The translations under genes and the position numbers were made by a program. Shown one piece after another: positions 40,147 through 49,955 of a DNA stretch of 63,856 bases. Numbering within the stretch: position 1 is the stretch's first letter; every line of letters starts with the position of its first letter. The notes below the pieces were generated by a model. It worked only from the letters and a program-made list of their open reading frames with translations, was not told the origin of the DNA and did not search any database. The DNA is from an uncultured Alphaproteobacteria bacterium (GTDB lineage: Bacteria > Pseudomonadota > Alphaproteobacteria > RF32 > CAG-239), in NCBI GenBank assembly GCA_944392205.1, contig CALXVV010000028.1, positions 1-63,856 of the forward strand, given 5' to 3'.

Positions 40147-40218
40147 AGACAAAATGTTGGACAAAATTGTTTTTATATGCTACTATATGATTAGAAATAA
40201 GAACTTCGGAGAACCAAA

Positions 40219-41505
40219 ATGGCAGAATATTTTTTTCCAAACCTTACAGATGACGATTATGAATTTTTATATAACGCTGTTTCTCCCGCAACAAAAGACG
40301 GGCTTGACAATTATAAAAATCGATTTTCAACTGCTATAAAAAATCCAAGCCAAACAGCCGAAGAGACCAGAAAAAATCGCATGGATGGTATCATTCTGTC
40401 CATCCAAAAGTACCTACAAGCACATAGTGGAAAGGGAACAGCAGACAACGAACTGCCGGAAATTCTCAAAAGAATAGAAGAATTAGGTTCCCGTTGCCCA
40501 GATGATTTAAAGGCAGAAATAGCTAAGGCTCTCAAAGAACAAGCTCAAAAAGAGGAAATCTCTGAAGAAGAAAAGAAAAAGCTGGAAGCCTCTGCCGAAA
40601 ACATTGAAAAAGGCGATGATGATAATGTCATAACCGTTGATGAAAATATCTCCGAAGCAAAAGAAGACGACGGCTGGAAAAAAGAAGTCAGAGAAGCGGT
40701 TAAAAAAGCCAACACTGACCTCAAACAAGAATTTGAAGAATATAAGAATGAAGAACACCCAGAACATCTGTTCTTCAAAGACAAAAAGAACGATAAAAAC
40801 ATCATTGCTTTTGCCAGCAAATCTGAGGGCTATGTTGAAGGTGAGCAAGCCGCTTTTGATGAGTTAGTCAAAACCGCCCAGAACATGGGCAAAGAGACCG
40901 TTAACTTTGGTAAATTTGAAAAACATCCGGAATACAAAGCCCGCTTATATCTTGCCTGCCTCAAATTCGGCATGAAGATGAAAAACGCCCCGGAGATTGA
41001 AGAACTGAAAGAATACCCGGAATATCGTAACATTGCCAGTTTCTACGCAACAAAAGCCCGTAAAGAATATAACGAGGCAAGAGCAACTGCTGACAAAGAT
41101 AATGGATTTCTAAGATTGGAACAACAAGCTTATGAATACGGCAGAAAACACAAAGAAAACCCCAATGATGAAACAATAAAAACGGACTATGAAAGAATAA
41201 AAAAACAATTAAACGAGCACCCTCTGCAGCAGAAACTGCAAAAGGCAGAAAAGGAATTCACACACTACGCAAAAGAAATGATGGATCACTACATCGAATA
41301 TGGTTCAGGTGCCAATGATACCCGCACCAAGGAACAACGCAAAGAAAGAGTATCAAAACATATGAAAGAATATCTATCAGGGGACTTTTATATGCAAAAA
41401 GTTGATGAAACCAAGAATCTAGCTGTTGCACCTAAAGCGAATACATATCGGCAAATAGAATTCAGAGCAGCAAGATTAGTTCAAAATGCCAACCGCAGCC
41501 GCTAA
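40219..41505 (+). CDS. Orphan charged helical protein with possible LPD7-like domain
   Basis: 428-aa ORF with GGAG SD, E/K-rich. Segment DELVKTAQNMGKETVNFG...PEYKARLYLACLKFGMKMKNAP. Confidence 0.75.
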   Translation: MAEYFFPNLTDDDYEFLYNAVSPATKDGLDNYKNRFSTAIKNPSQTAEETRKNRMDGIILSIQKYLQAHSGKGTADNELPEILKRIEELGSRCPDDLKAEIAKALKEQAQKEEISEEEKKKLEASAENIEKGDDDNVITVDENISEAKEDDGWKKEVREAVKKANTDLKQEFEEYKNEEHPEHLFFKDKKNDKNIIAFASKSEGYVEGEQAAFDELVKTAQNMGKETVNFGKFEKHPEYKARLYLACLKFGMKMKNAPEIEELKEYPEYRNIASFYATKARKEYNEARATADKDNGFLRLEQQAYEYGRKHKENPNDETIKTDYERIKKQLNEHPLQQKLQKAEKEFTHYAKEMMDHYIEYGSGANDTRTKEQRKERVSKHMKEYLSGDFYMQKVDETKNLAVAPKANTYRQIEFRAARLVQNANRSR

Positions 41506-41586
41506 GCAAATAGGGGACAAAAAAAATCACGACGACATAAACAACAAAATAGAATCCGCAGTCGTTCCTCTCAGGCGGCTGCGGAG

Positions 41587-42051
41587 TTATTTTTTCCACC
41601 TGGTTTGGCGCAAAGCCTCGCCAACAACCATGGTCGCAGACACCGCCACGTTAATGGAGCGAGCTTTCTCATTCATGGGAATCAAAAGCCTGGCATCGGC
41701 GATTTGATGAACTTCTTCCGGCACACCGGCAGATTCGCGCCCCATTAAGATAATGTCATTTTCCTTAAATTCAAAATCAACATAAGGCTTGCTGGCATGG
41801 GTTGTAAGCAACACAATGCGGCCATATTCGGCAGGATGCTCGGCCCGATATTGCAAAAAATCTTGCCAGGAATCATGGCGGCGATAATCAACCATATCCA
41901 AATAATCCATCCCGGCACGGCGCATGGCCTTGTCATTAAAGATAAAACCACACGGCTCAATAATGTCTATGGGCAAATCCACACAAGCGCACAAACGCAT
42001 TAAAGTCCCGGTATTTTGCGGAATATCCGGCTGAAACAAGGCTAAACGCAT
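41587..42051 (-). CDS. trmL: tRNA (cytidine/uridine-34 2'-O)-methyltransferase TrmL
   Basis: LFQPDIPQNTG, RRAGMDY, MGRESAG and RSINVAVS. Confidence 0.93.
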   Translation of the reverse strand: MRLALFQPDIPQNTGTLMRLCACVDLPIDIIEPCGFIFNDKAMRRAGMDYLDMVDYRRHDSWQDFLQYRAEHPAEYGRIVLLTTHASKPYVDFEFKENDIILMGRESAGVPEEVHQIADARLLIPMNEKARSINVAVSATMVVGEALRQTRWKK

Positions 42052-42137
42052 TTCTTCCCTCTCAATTTCACACAAAGAATTTATCAACGACCGACGCTGC
42101 GCCGATTATCGAGCATGATCGACCCTCTTGCAAGCTC

Positions 42138-43247
42138 CTAAACGTTGAATAAGAAATTCAACAAATCTCCATCCTGCACCACATAGTCTTTACCCTCGGA
42201 GCGCATTTTGCCGGCTTCTTTACAAGCCTGCTCGCCACCGAACTTGACAAAGTCATCATAAGATATGGTCTCGGCGCGGATAAAGCCTTTCTCAAAGTCA
42301 GAATGGATAATTCCGGCGCATTGCGGGGCTTTTGAACCCTTTAGAAAAGTCCAGGCACGCACTTCTTTTGGTCCGGCGGTAAAATAAGTTTGTAAGCCAA
42401 GCAAATCATACCCGGCACGGATAATTTTGGTAAGCCCGGTTTCCTCTAGCCCCAGCGCACCCAAAAATTCTTTTTTCTCCTCCTCGGTCTCCAATTGAGC
42501 GACCTCGGATTCTATCTCGGCAGAAATAATCACCGCCTGAGCATTTTCCGCTCTTGCTTTTTCAAACACTCTCTTTGAATATTCATTGCCGGAAGCCGCC
42601 GATTCCTCATCCACATTGCACACATACAAAACCGGTTTAGAAGTCAAAAGTTGCAGCATCTTATAAGCTTTGCAGGCATCTTTGTTGGAGGCATCAGGAG
42701 CCGCGGTGCGAGCCGGTTTTCCGGCCTTTAGAGCCTCAATCACAGAGGCCATTACGCTCACATTGACAATAGCTTCTTTATCACCGCCTTTGGCTTTTTT
42801 CTGAGCCTGATCAAATCTCTTTTCCAAGGATTCAAGGTCGGCAATCATCAACTCTGTTTCCACGATTTCGGCATCACGAATAGGGTCAACGCTGCCCTCA
42901 ACATGGGTGATGTTTTCATTTTCAAAACAGCGCAACACATGGATAATGGCATCCACCTCGCGGATATTGGCCAAAAATTGGTTGCCCAACCCCTCGCCCT
43001 TGGATGCGCCTTTAACCAGACCGGCAATATCAACAAACTCCAGCTGTGTCGGCACCACATTTTTGGGTTTAACCATCTCAACCAACTTATCCAAGCGTTT
43101 ATCAGGCACCGCCACCCGCCCGGTGTTGGGTTCAATCGTACAAAACGGAAAATTCGCTGCCTGTGCTGCAATGGTTTGGGTCAGAGCATTAAACAAGGTT
43201 GATTTTCCGACATTAGGCAAGCCGACAATACCGCAGTTAAATCCCAT
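42138..43247 (-). CDS. ychF: Redox-regulated ATPase YchF
   Basis: [21 protein letters not shown] and [20 protein letters not shown]. Confidence 0.97.
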   Translation of the reverse strand: MGFNCGIVGLPNVGKSTLFNALTQTIAAQAANFPFCTIEPNTGRVAVPDKRLDKLVEMVKPKNVVPTQLEFVDIAGLVKGASKGEGLGNQFLANIREVDAIIHVLRCFENENITHVEGSVDPIRDAEIVETELMIADLESLEKRFDQAQKKAKGGDKEAIVNVSVMASVIEALKAGKPARTAAPDASNKDACKAYKMLQLLTSKPVLYVCNVDEESAASGNEYSKRVFEKARAENAQAVIISAEIESEVAQLETEEEKKEFLGALGLEETGLTKIIRAGYDLLGLQTYFTAGPKEVRAWTFLKGSKAPQCAGIIHSDFEKGFIRAETISYDDFVKFGGEQACKEAGKMRSEGKDYVVQDGDLLNFLFNV

Positions 43248-43259
43248 AATCAAAACTCC

Positions 43260-43835
43260 TTATTGTTTTCTCAAAACATCGCCGAGCTTATTGCAAAAAG
43301 CGGCGATTCCATCTTTCATCAAGACCTCGATTAAAGAGGCCACAATTTCTATCTCATTATAAATAACATCTTCATCGGCCTTGCCAAAGCGTGACAACAC
43401 ATGGTTCACCACCGCTTCGCCGCCGGTTTGCGGATGTCCCACCCCGATTCTGATACGGTTATAATTAGGGCTGATGGCCGCATCAATAGACTTGATTCCG
43501 TTATGCCCACCGGCACCACCGCCGATTTTAGCCTTAACCTTGCCGACCGGCAAATCCATATCATCATGAATAACGATAATATTTTCAGGCAAAATCTTAT
43601 AAAAATGAGCAGCTTTCACCACCGAATTTCCGGATAGGTTCATATAAGTTTGCGGTTTCAAAAGATAAACCTTTTCCCCACCTATTTTACCCTCGGCAAT
43701 TTCACCGTCAAACTTATCTCTAAAAGGTGAAAAATTAAACTTCTGGTACAAGAAATCTGCCGCCATAAATCCAACATTATGACGTGTGCCGGCATATTCT
43801 GCCCCCGGATTTCCCAAACCAACGATAAGAAACAT
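43260..43835 (-). CDS. pth: Peptidyl-tRNA hydrolase
   Basis: [26 protein letters not shown] and GGHNGIKS. Confidence 0.97.
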   Translation of the reverse strand: MFLIVGLGNPGAEYAGTRHNVGFMAADFLYQKFNFSPFRDKFDGEIAEGKIGGEKVYLLKPQTYMNLSGNSVVKAAHFYKILPENIIVIHDDMDLPVGKVKAKIGGGAGGHNGIKSIDAAISPNYNRIRIGVGHPQTGGEAVVNHVLSRFGKADEDVIYNEIEIVASLIEVLMKDGIAAFCNKLGDVLRKQ

Positions 43836-43923
43836 CAAAAACTCTTCAATCAGATAAAATAAATTGGCGGGCCATCATGCAACAACCGCACACTCCGGCA
43901 CCGCCAAAGACAATCACTCCGAA

Positions 43924-44214
43924 TTATTTGCGGAGAAAATCTACATGGATAGGCATATCGGTAACCGGGTGGAATTGAACATCCTGGCATTTAACCTTGT
44001 GTTTTTTGCCATCCAAAACGATCTCGATATCAGCCTCATAAAGACCGGCGGTATTCAAAGCTTTTTCAAGCTCAACCGGGTGCAAAGAGATCATGATAGA
44101 CTCTTGTTTGCCACCATAGATAACGGCAGGGATACGCCCCTCACGACGACATGCACGAGCTGCCCCCTTACCTGCTTTCTCACGCTTTTCAGCATTAAAT
44201 GTAATATTTACCAT
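43924..44214 (-). CDS. rplY: 50S ribosomal protein L25, short single-domain form
   Basis: GKGAARACRREGRIPAVIYG and QFHPVTDMPIHVDF; position upstream of pth. Confidence 0.93.
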   Translation of the reverse strand: MVNITFNAEKREKAGKGAARACRREGRIPAVIYGGKQESIMISLHPVELEKALNTAGLYEADIEIVLDGKKHKVKCQDVQFHPVTDMPIHVDFLRK

Positions 44215-44338
44215 GTTAAAAATCCTCAAATAAAATTAAGACTCTATCCAAACCTCCAGGGGTGTCTGAATAGTGACTCCAGACATACACCGTTTTATTT
44301 TATTTTTCAAGGACTTTTTAAAAAGCCAAAGGGCCGGC

Positions 44339-44869
44339 TTAAACCGACCCTTCTGCAACTTTCTGAGGACATATGACAACCTGGAGCTCCAAAAAATCTC
44401 CATTGTCATCAAGCTCGACATAAGCAAACGAAGGCTCTTCTTTGCCAAGCTCATACCTAGCATTGGCATCGACATCAATACCAACGGCACTCATCACCTT
44501 GCCATTGATATTTATTGTGCCATAAAAGACACCCTCATCTTCTTCATCCTCGCTTTCCGGCACAAAAAATCCGACCGGATTGTCTTTCAGAAAGAAAAAC
44601 AACTGAGAATAAAGGTTATCTTGAGCTTTCTTTTGCAAGACAACGCCTACACAAACCAGCGACAACATATAAAAGCTTGTATCCCGAGAGATCTCAAAGA
44701 AGTAGTTGCCGGCAATAATGGCAAACACCATTATCAGATACACCCATGGCATCATGTGTTTAAAAAGGGCAATTTCTTCAATCGAGAGAACAATTTTGGA
44801 AATGCAGGCCAGAAGCAGAAACAACGTAACTGCTCCCAGCACCAGCCATAAAACTGTTTCCATAATCAT
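44339..44869 (-). CDS. Orphan membrane protein
   Basis: 176 aa with three N-terminal hydrophobic segments and an acidic C-terminal domain. Confidence 0.6.
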   Translation of the reverse strand: MIMETVLWLVLGAVTLFLLLACISKIVLSIEEIALFKHMMPWVYLIMVFAIIAGNYFFEISRDTSFYMLSLVCVGVVLQKKAQDNLYSQLFFFLKDNPVGFFVPESEDEEDEGVFYGTININGKVMSAVGIDVDANARYELGKEEPSFAYVELDDNGDFLELQVVICPQKVAEGSV

Positions 44870-44875
44870 AAAAGT

Positions 44876-45133
44876 TTAATGTTCAACAATCTCGACTTGC
44901 CAAAGCACATCTCTAAAATCAATGCCGATAACCCTGGCAATCAAAACATCAGGTAGCTCCCCTTCATAGTAGAAATACCCTTCTCGCAATTTTCCTCGCC
45001 AAAAGAACTGGCAGTAATATTCTCCCTCTTTGATTATCTTGACCTCATAAAGCCTGACAATAATCAAAAATCTATCAAAGAAGTGAAATCCTGCCGCAAT
45101 CAAGGCAATTATCAATAATATCCATCCACTCAT
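44876..45133 (-). CDS. Orphan small membrane-anchored protein
   Basis: 85 aa with an N-terminal TM and its own promoter TTGACT-N17-TAATTT. Confidence 0.6.
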   Translation of the reverse strand: MSGWILLIIALIAAGFHFFDRFLIIVRLYEVKIIKEGEYYCQFFWRGKLREGYFYYEGELPDVLIARVIGIDFRDVLWQVEIVEH

Positions 45134-45203
45134 AAGCTTTAGGTTTTAAGTTAATAATTTTTTTCTTTCTTCAAAATTAGACAAAAAGAAGACAAGAGTC
45201 AAC

Positions 45204-45234
45204 AAAAAACCGCCGGAGATTTTCACCCCGGCGG
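45204..45234 (-). terminator. pnp terminator
   Basis: CCGCCGG...CCGGCGG-TTTTTT on the minus strand. Confidence 0.75.
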
Positions 45235-45264
45235 CGTTGAAAGGTTCAAGTTAAACCTCAAAAA

Positions 45265-47385
45265 TTATTTTTCGAGATCTTCACCTGTTTCTTGGTTTAC
45301 CCTCTTGGCAGAAAGCTTAATCTTGCCGCGATTATCACTGCCCAAGCACTTAACCCAGATTTGGTCACCCTCTTTGTAGAAGTCAGAAACAGAGGCAATA
45401 CGCTCGTTCTTAACTTCAGAGATATGAACCAATCCCTCGGTATTGCCAAGAAAGCGGACAAACGCACCAAAATCCATGATTTTGGTAATGGTTCCGTGGT
45501 AGATCTTGCCGGCCTCCGGCTCTGCCACAATACCCATAACCCATTCCAGAGCGGCATCGCCTTCTTCTTTCTTCATTGAGGCGATTTTAACCACACCGTC
45601 ATCAGAAATATCGATTTTTGTATGTGTCTTTTCAACAATCTCTCTGATAACCTTACCGCCGGTGCCGATAACCTCACGGATTTTATCAACCGGGATCTTA
45701 ATGGCAACGATTCTCGGAGCCCGGTCAGAAACATGCGGACGCGGCTCAGCAATAGCTTTTGCCATCTCGCCCAAAATATGAATTCTGCCCTCATGAGCCT
45801 GAGCCAAAGCTGTTTTCATAATATCTTTGGTGATAGAGGTGATTTTAATATCCATCTGCAAAGCAGTAACACCGTCTTTTGTTCCGGCGACCTTAAAGTC
45901 CATATCACCCAAGTGATCTTCATCACCCAAGATATCTGTCAAGACGGCAACACGCCCGTCGTCTTCCTTAATCAACCCCATGGCAATACCGGCAACAGGT
46001 TTAGCCAAAGGCACACCGGCAGCCATCAAAGACATCGTGGTTCCGCAAACGGTAGCCATAGAAGAAGAACCGTTAGATTCCATGATCTCAGAAACAACAC
46101 GCACCGTATAGGGAAAAGCGTCCTTGTCTTTTGGCATCATCGGATGAATAGCGCGCCAAGCCAATTTTCCGTGTCCGATTTCACGGCGTCCGGGACTGCC
46201 GATACGGCCACACTCGCCAACTGAGAACGGCGGGAAGTTGTAGTTGAGCATAAAGTCTTCTTTATATTCATCCATCAAACCGTCAACAACCTGAGCATCC
46301 TCGCCAGTACCAAGGGTAGTAACAACCAATGCCTGAGTTTCACCACGGGTAAACAAGGCTGAGCCGTGAGCTGTCGGCAAGACATCAACCTGGCAGGCAA
46401 TCGGGCGCACGGTCTTGGTATCGCGGCCATCGATTCTATGTCCGGTTGTCAATACCGCTTCGCGCATAACTTTGTGCATCAATTTCTCAATAGCATCTTG
46501 AGCATAGCGTTGTTCAAACTCATTTTCCGGATCAAGCGTTGCCTTGAATTTCTCAGAGGCAGCCGCAATCAGCTCACCGCGCTTAAGTTTATCTGTTTCT
46601 TTGAAAGCTGTTTCAAATTCAGCTGTAAAATCTTTAGCCAATTTGGCATAAAGCTCATCAAACTCCGGTGGGAAGGTTGGAGTTTCCCACTTTTCTTTGC
46701 CAGCCTCATTTGCAAGCTCGGCAATCATCTTAATAACCGGCTGGAAGCTCTCAAAACCGAACATAACAGCACCAAGCATAGTGTCTTCAGAAAGCTCTTG
46801 GGCCTCAGATTCAACCATCAAAACGCCCTCAGATGTTCCGGCAACCACCAATTCCAGGTCAGTATCTTTGAGCTGCTCCAAAGTTGGGTTCAAAATATAT
46901 TCACCGTTTTTATATCCAACTTTTGCTCCGCCAATCGGCCCCATAAACGGAATACCCGAAACAGCCAAAGCGGCAGAGGCCGCAATCATAGCCGGAATAT
47001 CGGAGTCTGTATTTTGGTCATGAGCCAAAACGGTACAAATGATTTGCACCTCATTTTTGAACGCATCAGGAAACAGCGGACGAATAGGTCTGTCAATCAA
47101 GCGAGAAAGCAAGACCTCACGCTCGGATGGTTTACCCTCACGCTTCATAAAACCGCCCGGTACCTTACCGGTTGCATAGTATTTTTCCTGATAATTAACT
47201 GTCAAAGGAAAGAAATCCTGATCAGCATTTACCTCTTTTGCGGCACAAACCGTTGCAATAACCTGCGTTTCACCATAAGTAACCACAACCGCACCCTGTG
47301 CCTGTCTGGCCATTTTACCTGTTTCCAAAACCAACTTGCGGCCGCCCCATTCCATTTCTTTGCGGCACACTTTAAAATCGATCAT
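45265..47385 (-). CDS. pnp: Polyribonucleotide nucleotidyltransferase
   Basis: [47 protein letters not shown] and S1 domains. Confidence 0.98.
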   Translation of the reverse strand: MIDFKVCRKEMEWGGRKLVLETGKMARQAQGAVVVTYGETQVIATVCAAKEVNADQDFFPLTVNYQEKYYATGKVPGGFMKREGKPSEREVLLSRLIDRPIRPLFPDAFKNEVQIICTVLAHDQNTDSDIPAMIAASAALAVSGIPFMGPIGGAKVGYKNGEYILNPTLEQLKDTDLELVVAGTSEGVLMVESEAQELSEDTMLGAVMFGFESFQPVIKMIAELANEAGKEKWETPTFPPEFDELYAKLAKDFTAEFETAFKETDKLKRGELIAAASEKFKATLDPENEFEQRYAQDAIEKLMHKVMREAVLTTGHRIDGRDTKTVRPIACQVDVLPTAHGSALFTRGETQALVVTTLGTGEDAQVVDGLMDEYKEDFMLNYNFPPFSVGECGRIGSPGRREIGHGKLAWRAIHPMMPKDKDAFPYTVRVVSEIMESNGSSSMATVCGTTMSLMAAGVPLAKPVAGIAMGLIKEDDGRVAVLTDILGDEDHLGDMDFKVAGTKDGVTALQMDIKITSITKDIMKTALAQAHEGRIHILGEMAKAIAEPRPHVSDRAPRIVAIKIPVDKIREVIGTGGKVIREIVEKTHTKIDISDDGVVKIASMKKEEGDAALEWVMGIVAEPEAGKIYHGTITKIMDFGAFVRFLGNTEGLVHISEVKNERIASVSDFYKEGDQIWVKCLGSDNRGKIKLSAKRVNQETGEDLEK

Positions 47386-47504
47386 ATTTCTTTACCTTTC
47401 ATATAAAAACCTCTACCTGCCCCATGCAGGATTTTTTTATAAAGAACGGCGGGGCTCATTCCTCCGCGGCTCAAATATTCCTTAAAGCACAACTTTAGGA
47501 AAAA

Positions 47505-47622
47505 GGCGCGTTTTAGGCAGATAGATAAAGTCAAGACACGGAGCGCAAAAACGGAGCGTACTAAAATGTACGAGAGTATTTGAGCACCGGATTTTGGCTT
47601 TAGATGCTGCATAAAACACGCC
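47505..47622 (+). repeat. Diverged RPE-like palindromic element (type D) between rpsO and pnp
   Basis: GGCGCGTTTTA/TAAAACACGCC, GA-TAAAG/CTTTA-GA, core CGGAGCGTAC-taaaat-GTACGAGAG. Confidence 0.8.
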
Positions 47623-47629
47623 GACAACC

Positions 47630-47899
47630 TTATTTTCTCAGGTCTAACTTTTTAATCAAAGCCTGATAGCGCTCTTCGCTCTTACCCTTGAGGTAATCCA
47701 ACAGGTGGCGACGACGGCTAACTTTCTTCATCAAACCCAGACGAGAATGAGTATCCTTAGCGTGGGTTTTGAAGTGCTCAATCAGGTTATTGATTTCTGC
47801 GGTCCAGATAGCGATCTGAACTTCCGGAGACCCGGTATCATTGGGGTTCAAGCCATAAGCTTTAACCAATTTTTGTTTTTCTTCATTAGAAATCGACAT
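47630..47899 (-). CDS. rpsO: 30S ribosomal protein S15
   Basis: [19 protein letters not shown] and RRHLLDYLK. Confidence 0.98.
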   Translation of the reverse strand: MSISNEEKQKLVKAYGLNPNDTGSPEVQIAIWTAEINNLIEHFKTHAKDTHSRLGLMKKVSRRRHLLDYLKGKSEERYQALIKKLDLRK

Positions 47900-47914
47900 C
47901 TTTTAATCCTTTAT

Positions 47915-48826
47915 TTAATTAAAGTTAAAAACACGAACCGGAGAGATACGTCCCTCATCGATTCTCACCACTGCCACCAATGCTCCGTTGCAAGTAGCAA
48001 CCACCTCTTGCCCCAACAGGTGAAACACCTGATAAGCCCTTGGTGAAAGCCCCTGCCCCAAACGCAGTTTGGCGGCATCTGCCTCGGTTACGGCAATATC
48101 CGCGATGTCGCGCAGACATGTTATTACCGGAAGCAAAACTTTTTGGCGTTCCTCAACATACTCTATATTTTTCAAATTTTCCAGCAAAATCTTCTCTGAA
48201 AGGTCAAAATTTCCGCATTTTGTGCGTCTCAAGGCCTGCAAATGGCCGACTGTACCGAGTTTTGCGGCAATATCCGCCCCCAACGTGCGGATATACGTAC
48301 CCTTAGAGCAGCCGACAAGACAACGGAGCAGATTTTCCTGCGGACGTTCCAAGATTTTGATTGAATGGATTCGCACCTTGCGTGCCGGAACATCCACGTT
48401 TTGGCCTTTGCGCACCAAATCATAGGCTCTCTGCCCGTTGATTTTTATGGCCGAATAGGCGGGCGGCACTTGGGTAATTTCTCCCACAAACTGCGGCAAC
48501 ACCGATTCGATTTCTGCCAAGGTCGGAATTTTGGAGTTGGTCTCGATAATTTTGCCGTCACAATCGAGTGTATCGGTAGCCTCGCCGAACTTGAGCAAAA
48601 ACTCATATTCCTTGTCACCGTCTGTCACATAAGGAATAAGCTTGGTAGCCTCGCCAAAAGCCACCGGCAGCACCCCGGTTGCAAACGGATCAAGCGTTCC
48701 GCAATGGCCGTTTTTATTGGCATTAAGCAACCTTCTGGTTTGGCTCACCACCTGGGTAGAGCCCATACCGGCAGGTTTATCAATAACCAGCCAGCCGCTG
48801 ATTTTATCACCTTTTTTATGCTTCAT
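47915..48826 (-). CDS. truB: tRNA pseudouridine(55) synthase TruB
   Basis: IDKPAGM, GHCGTLDPFATG, QVPPAYSAIK and CSKGTYIR. Confidence 0.97.
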   Translation of the reverse strand: MKHKKGDKISGWLVIDKPAGMGSTQVVSQTRRLLNANKNGHCGTLDPFATGVLPVAFGEATKLIPYVTDGDKEYEFLLKFGEATDTLDCDGKIIETNSKIPTLAEIESVLPQFVGEITQVPPAYSAIKINGQRAYDLVRKGQNVDVPARKVRIHSIKILERPQENLLRCLVGCSKGTYIRTLGADIAAKLGTVGHLQALRRTKCGNFDLSEKILLENLKNIEYVEERQKVLLPVITCLRDIADIAVTEADAAKLRLGQGLSPRAYQVFHLLGQEVVATCNGALVAVVRIDEGRISPVRVFNFN

Positions 48827-48925
48827 TTTTGCTCCTTATACAGGAGTTGATACTGGAGCTTTTCTTCTTTGTCAAATTTAAAACAAAAAAGCCGACGTTG
48901 TCTTAAGCAACATCGGCTCTTTCCG

Positions 48926-49378
48926 TTATTCATCCCAACTGGTGAGAAAGCAGTCCTGATGGCCATCCAAATCCGGCTCATCATAACTATACTCGTAAAC
49001 TTTCGTCTTTCCGCTCAGCATTTTGATTCGAGCAGAATCCTCTGCCAACTCATAATCCTGAGCACAAACGAAATGTCTTTCATAACTTAAGAGAAGGAAA
49101 ACAGCCTTAAACGGAAGCTTGAGTTGAGAGGTATCAAACATCCGAAGTATACCAGACGCAACCCCGTCCGAAAGGACGACCTCTCCTTCACCCAAAGGAT
49201 AGAGTTTACCCTCATAGGCAAAATAATAGTTCGAATCCGCCCGCAAAAACGCGTCTTCATAAACAGAATATGCCTTACAGGCACACACCTTTTCAAAGCG
49301 GTCATTCTCCTCGTTATAAAAACGAACGACAATCCGGTCTCTTTCGACCTGGACGAACTGAAACTTAGATACTTTCAT
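48926..49378 (-). CDS. Orphan beta-rich hypothetical protein inserted between rbfA and truB
   Basis: 150-aa ORF with its own TTGACA promoter (49436-49441) and terminator (48885-48918). Confidence 0.65.
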   Translation of the reverse strand: MKVSKFQFVQVERDRIVVRFYNEENDRFEKVCACKAYSVYEDAFLRADSNYYFAYEGKLYPLGEGEVVLSDGVASGILRMFDTSQLKLPFKAVFLLLSYERHFVCAQDYELAEDSARIKMLSGKTKVYEYSYDEPDLDGHQDCFLTSWDE

Positions 49379-49484
49379 AAGCTTAAAGAATTAATAGTAA
49401 GACATTTTCTTCAAATTTATCAGCTTTCGCATTTATGTCAACCCGACAAAAAAGCCGCCCCTTTGAGGCGGCCTGTCAAAACAT

Positions 49485-49862
49485 TTATTTCAAGTCCTGG
49501 GCAACTTTGGGGTCACGCAAAAGCTTTTCAATCTTGTCTACCGCTTCAAAACTCTTATCAACTCTAAAGTTTATTTCCGGCACATAGCGCAAAGATGTCT
49601 TGGCCGCCACCTGTTTGCGGAAAAAGTTTGCTGCCAACTGCAGACCGCCCAACACCTCTTGCAAATATTTGTCATTGGTGGTTATAAACCAGACTGTGCA
49701 ATACTTCAAATCCGGAGAAACCGTCACCTTAGTCACGGTTACCATGGTGTCAATTCCTTCCAGATTGTGCACCTCTCCGCGGTCAATAAAATTGACGATG
49801 ATTTTTCTGATTTCCTGTGCCACTCTGAGCTGGCGTTGTGAAGGCTCTTTATTTTCGGCCAT
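49485..49862 (-). CDS. rbfA: Ribosome-binding factor A
   Basis: SQRQLRVAQEI, VTVTKVTVSPDLK and LRYVPEINF. Confidence 0.95.
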   Translation of the reverse strand: MAENKEPSQRQLRVAQEIRKIIVNFIDRGEVHNLEGIDTMVTVTKVTVSPDLKYCTVWFITTNDKYLQEVLGGLQLAANFFRKQVAAKTSLRYVPEINFRVDKSFEAVDKIEKLLRDPKVAQDLK

Positions 49863-49955
49863 AAAATTTCTCCTCAAAATACGTTTAATTCATATATAGA
49901 AAAGAAATAAAAATTATTCAAGCAATTACTTTTCCAAGAAAAGCCCTGTTCTTTG

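Noticed and set aside
43840-43923. Frameshifted C-terminal domain of L25
   Set aside because: The gap is too short and contains only a TTGGCGG/CCGCCAA hairpin.
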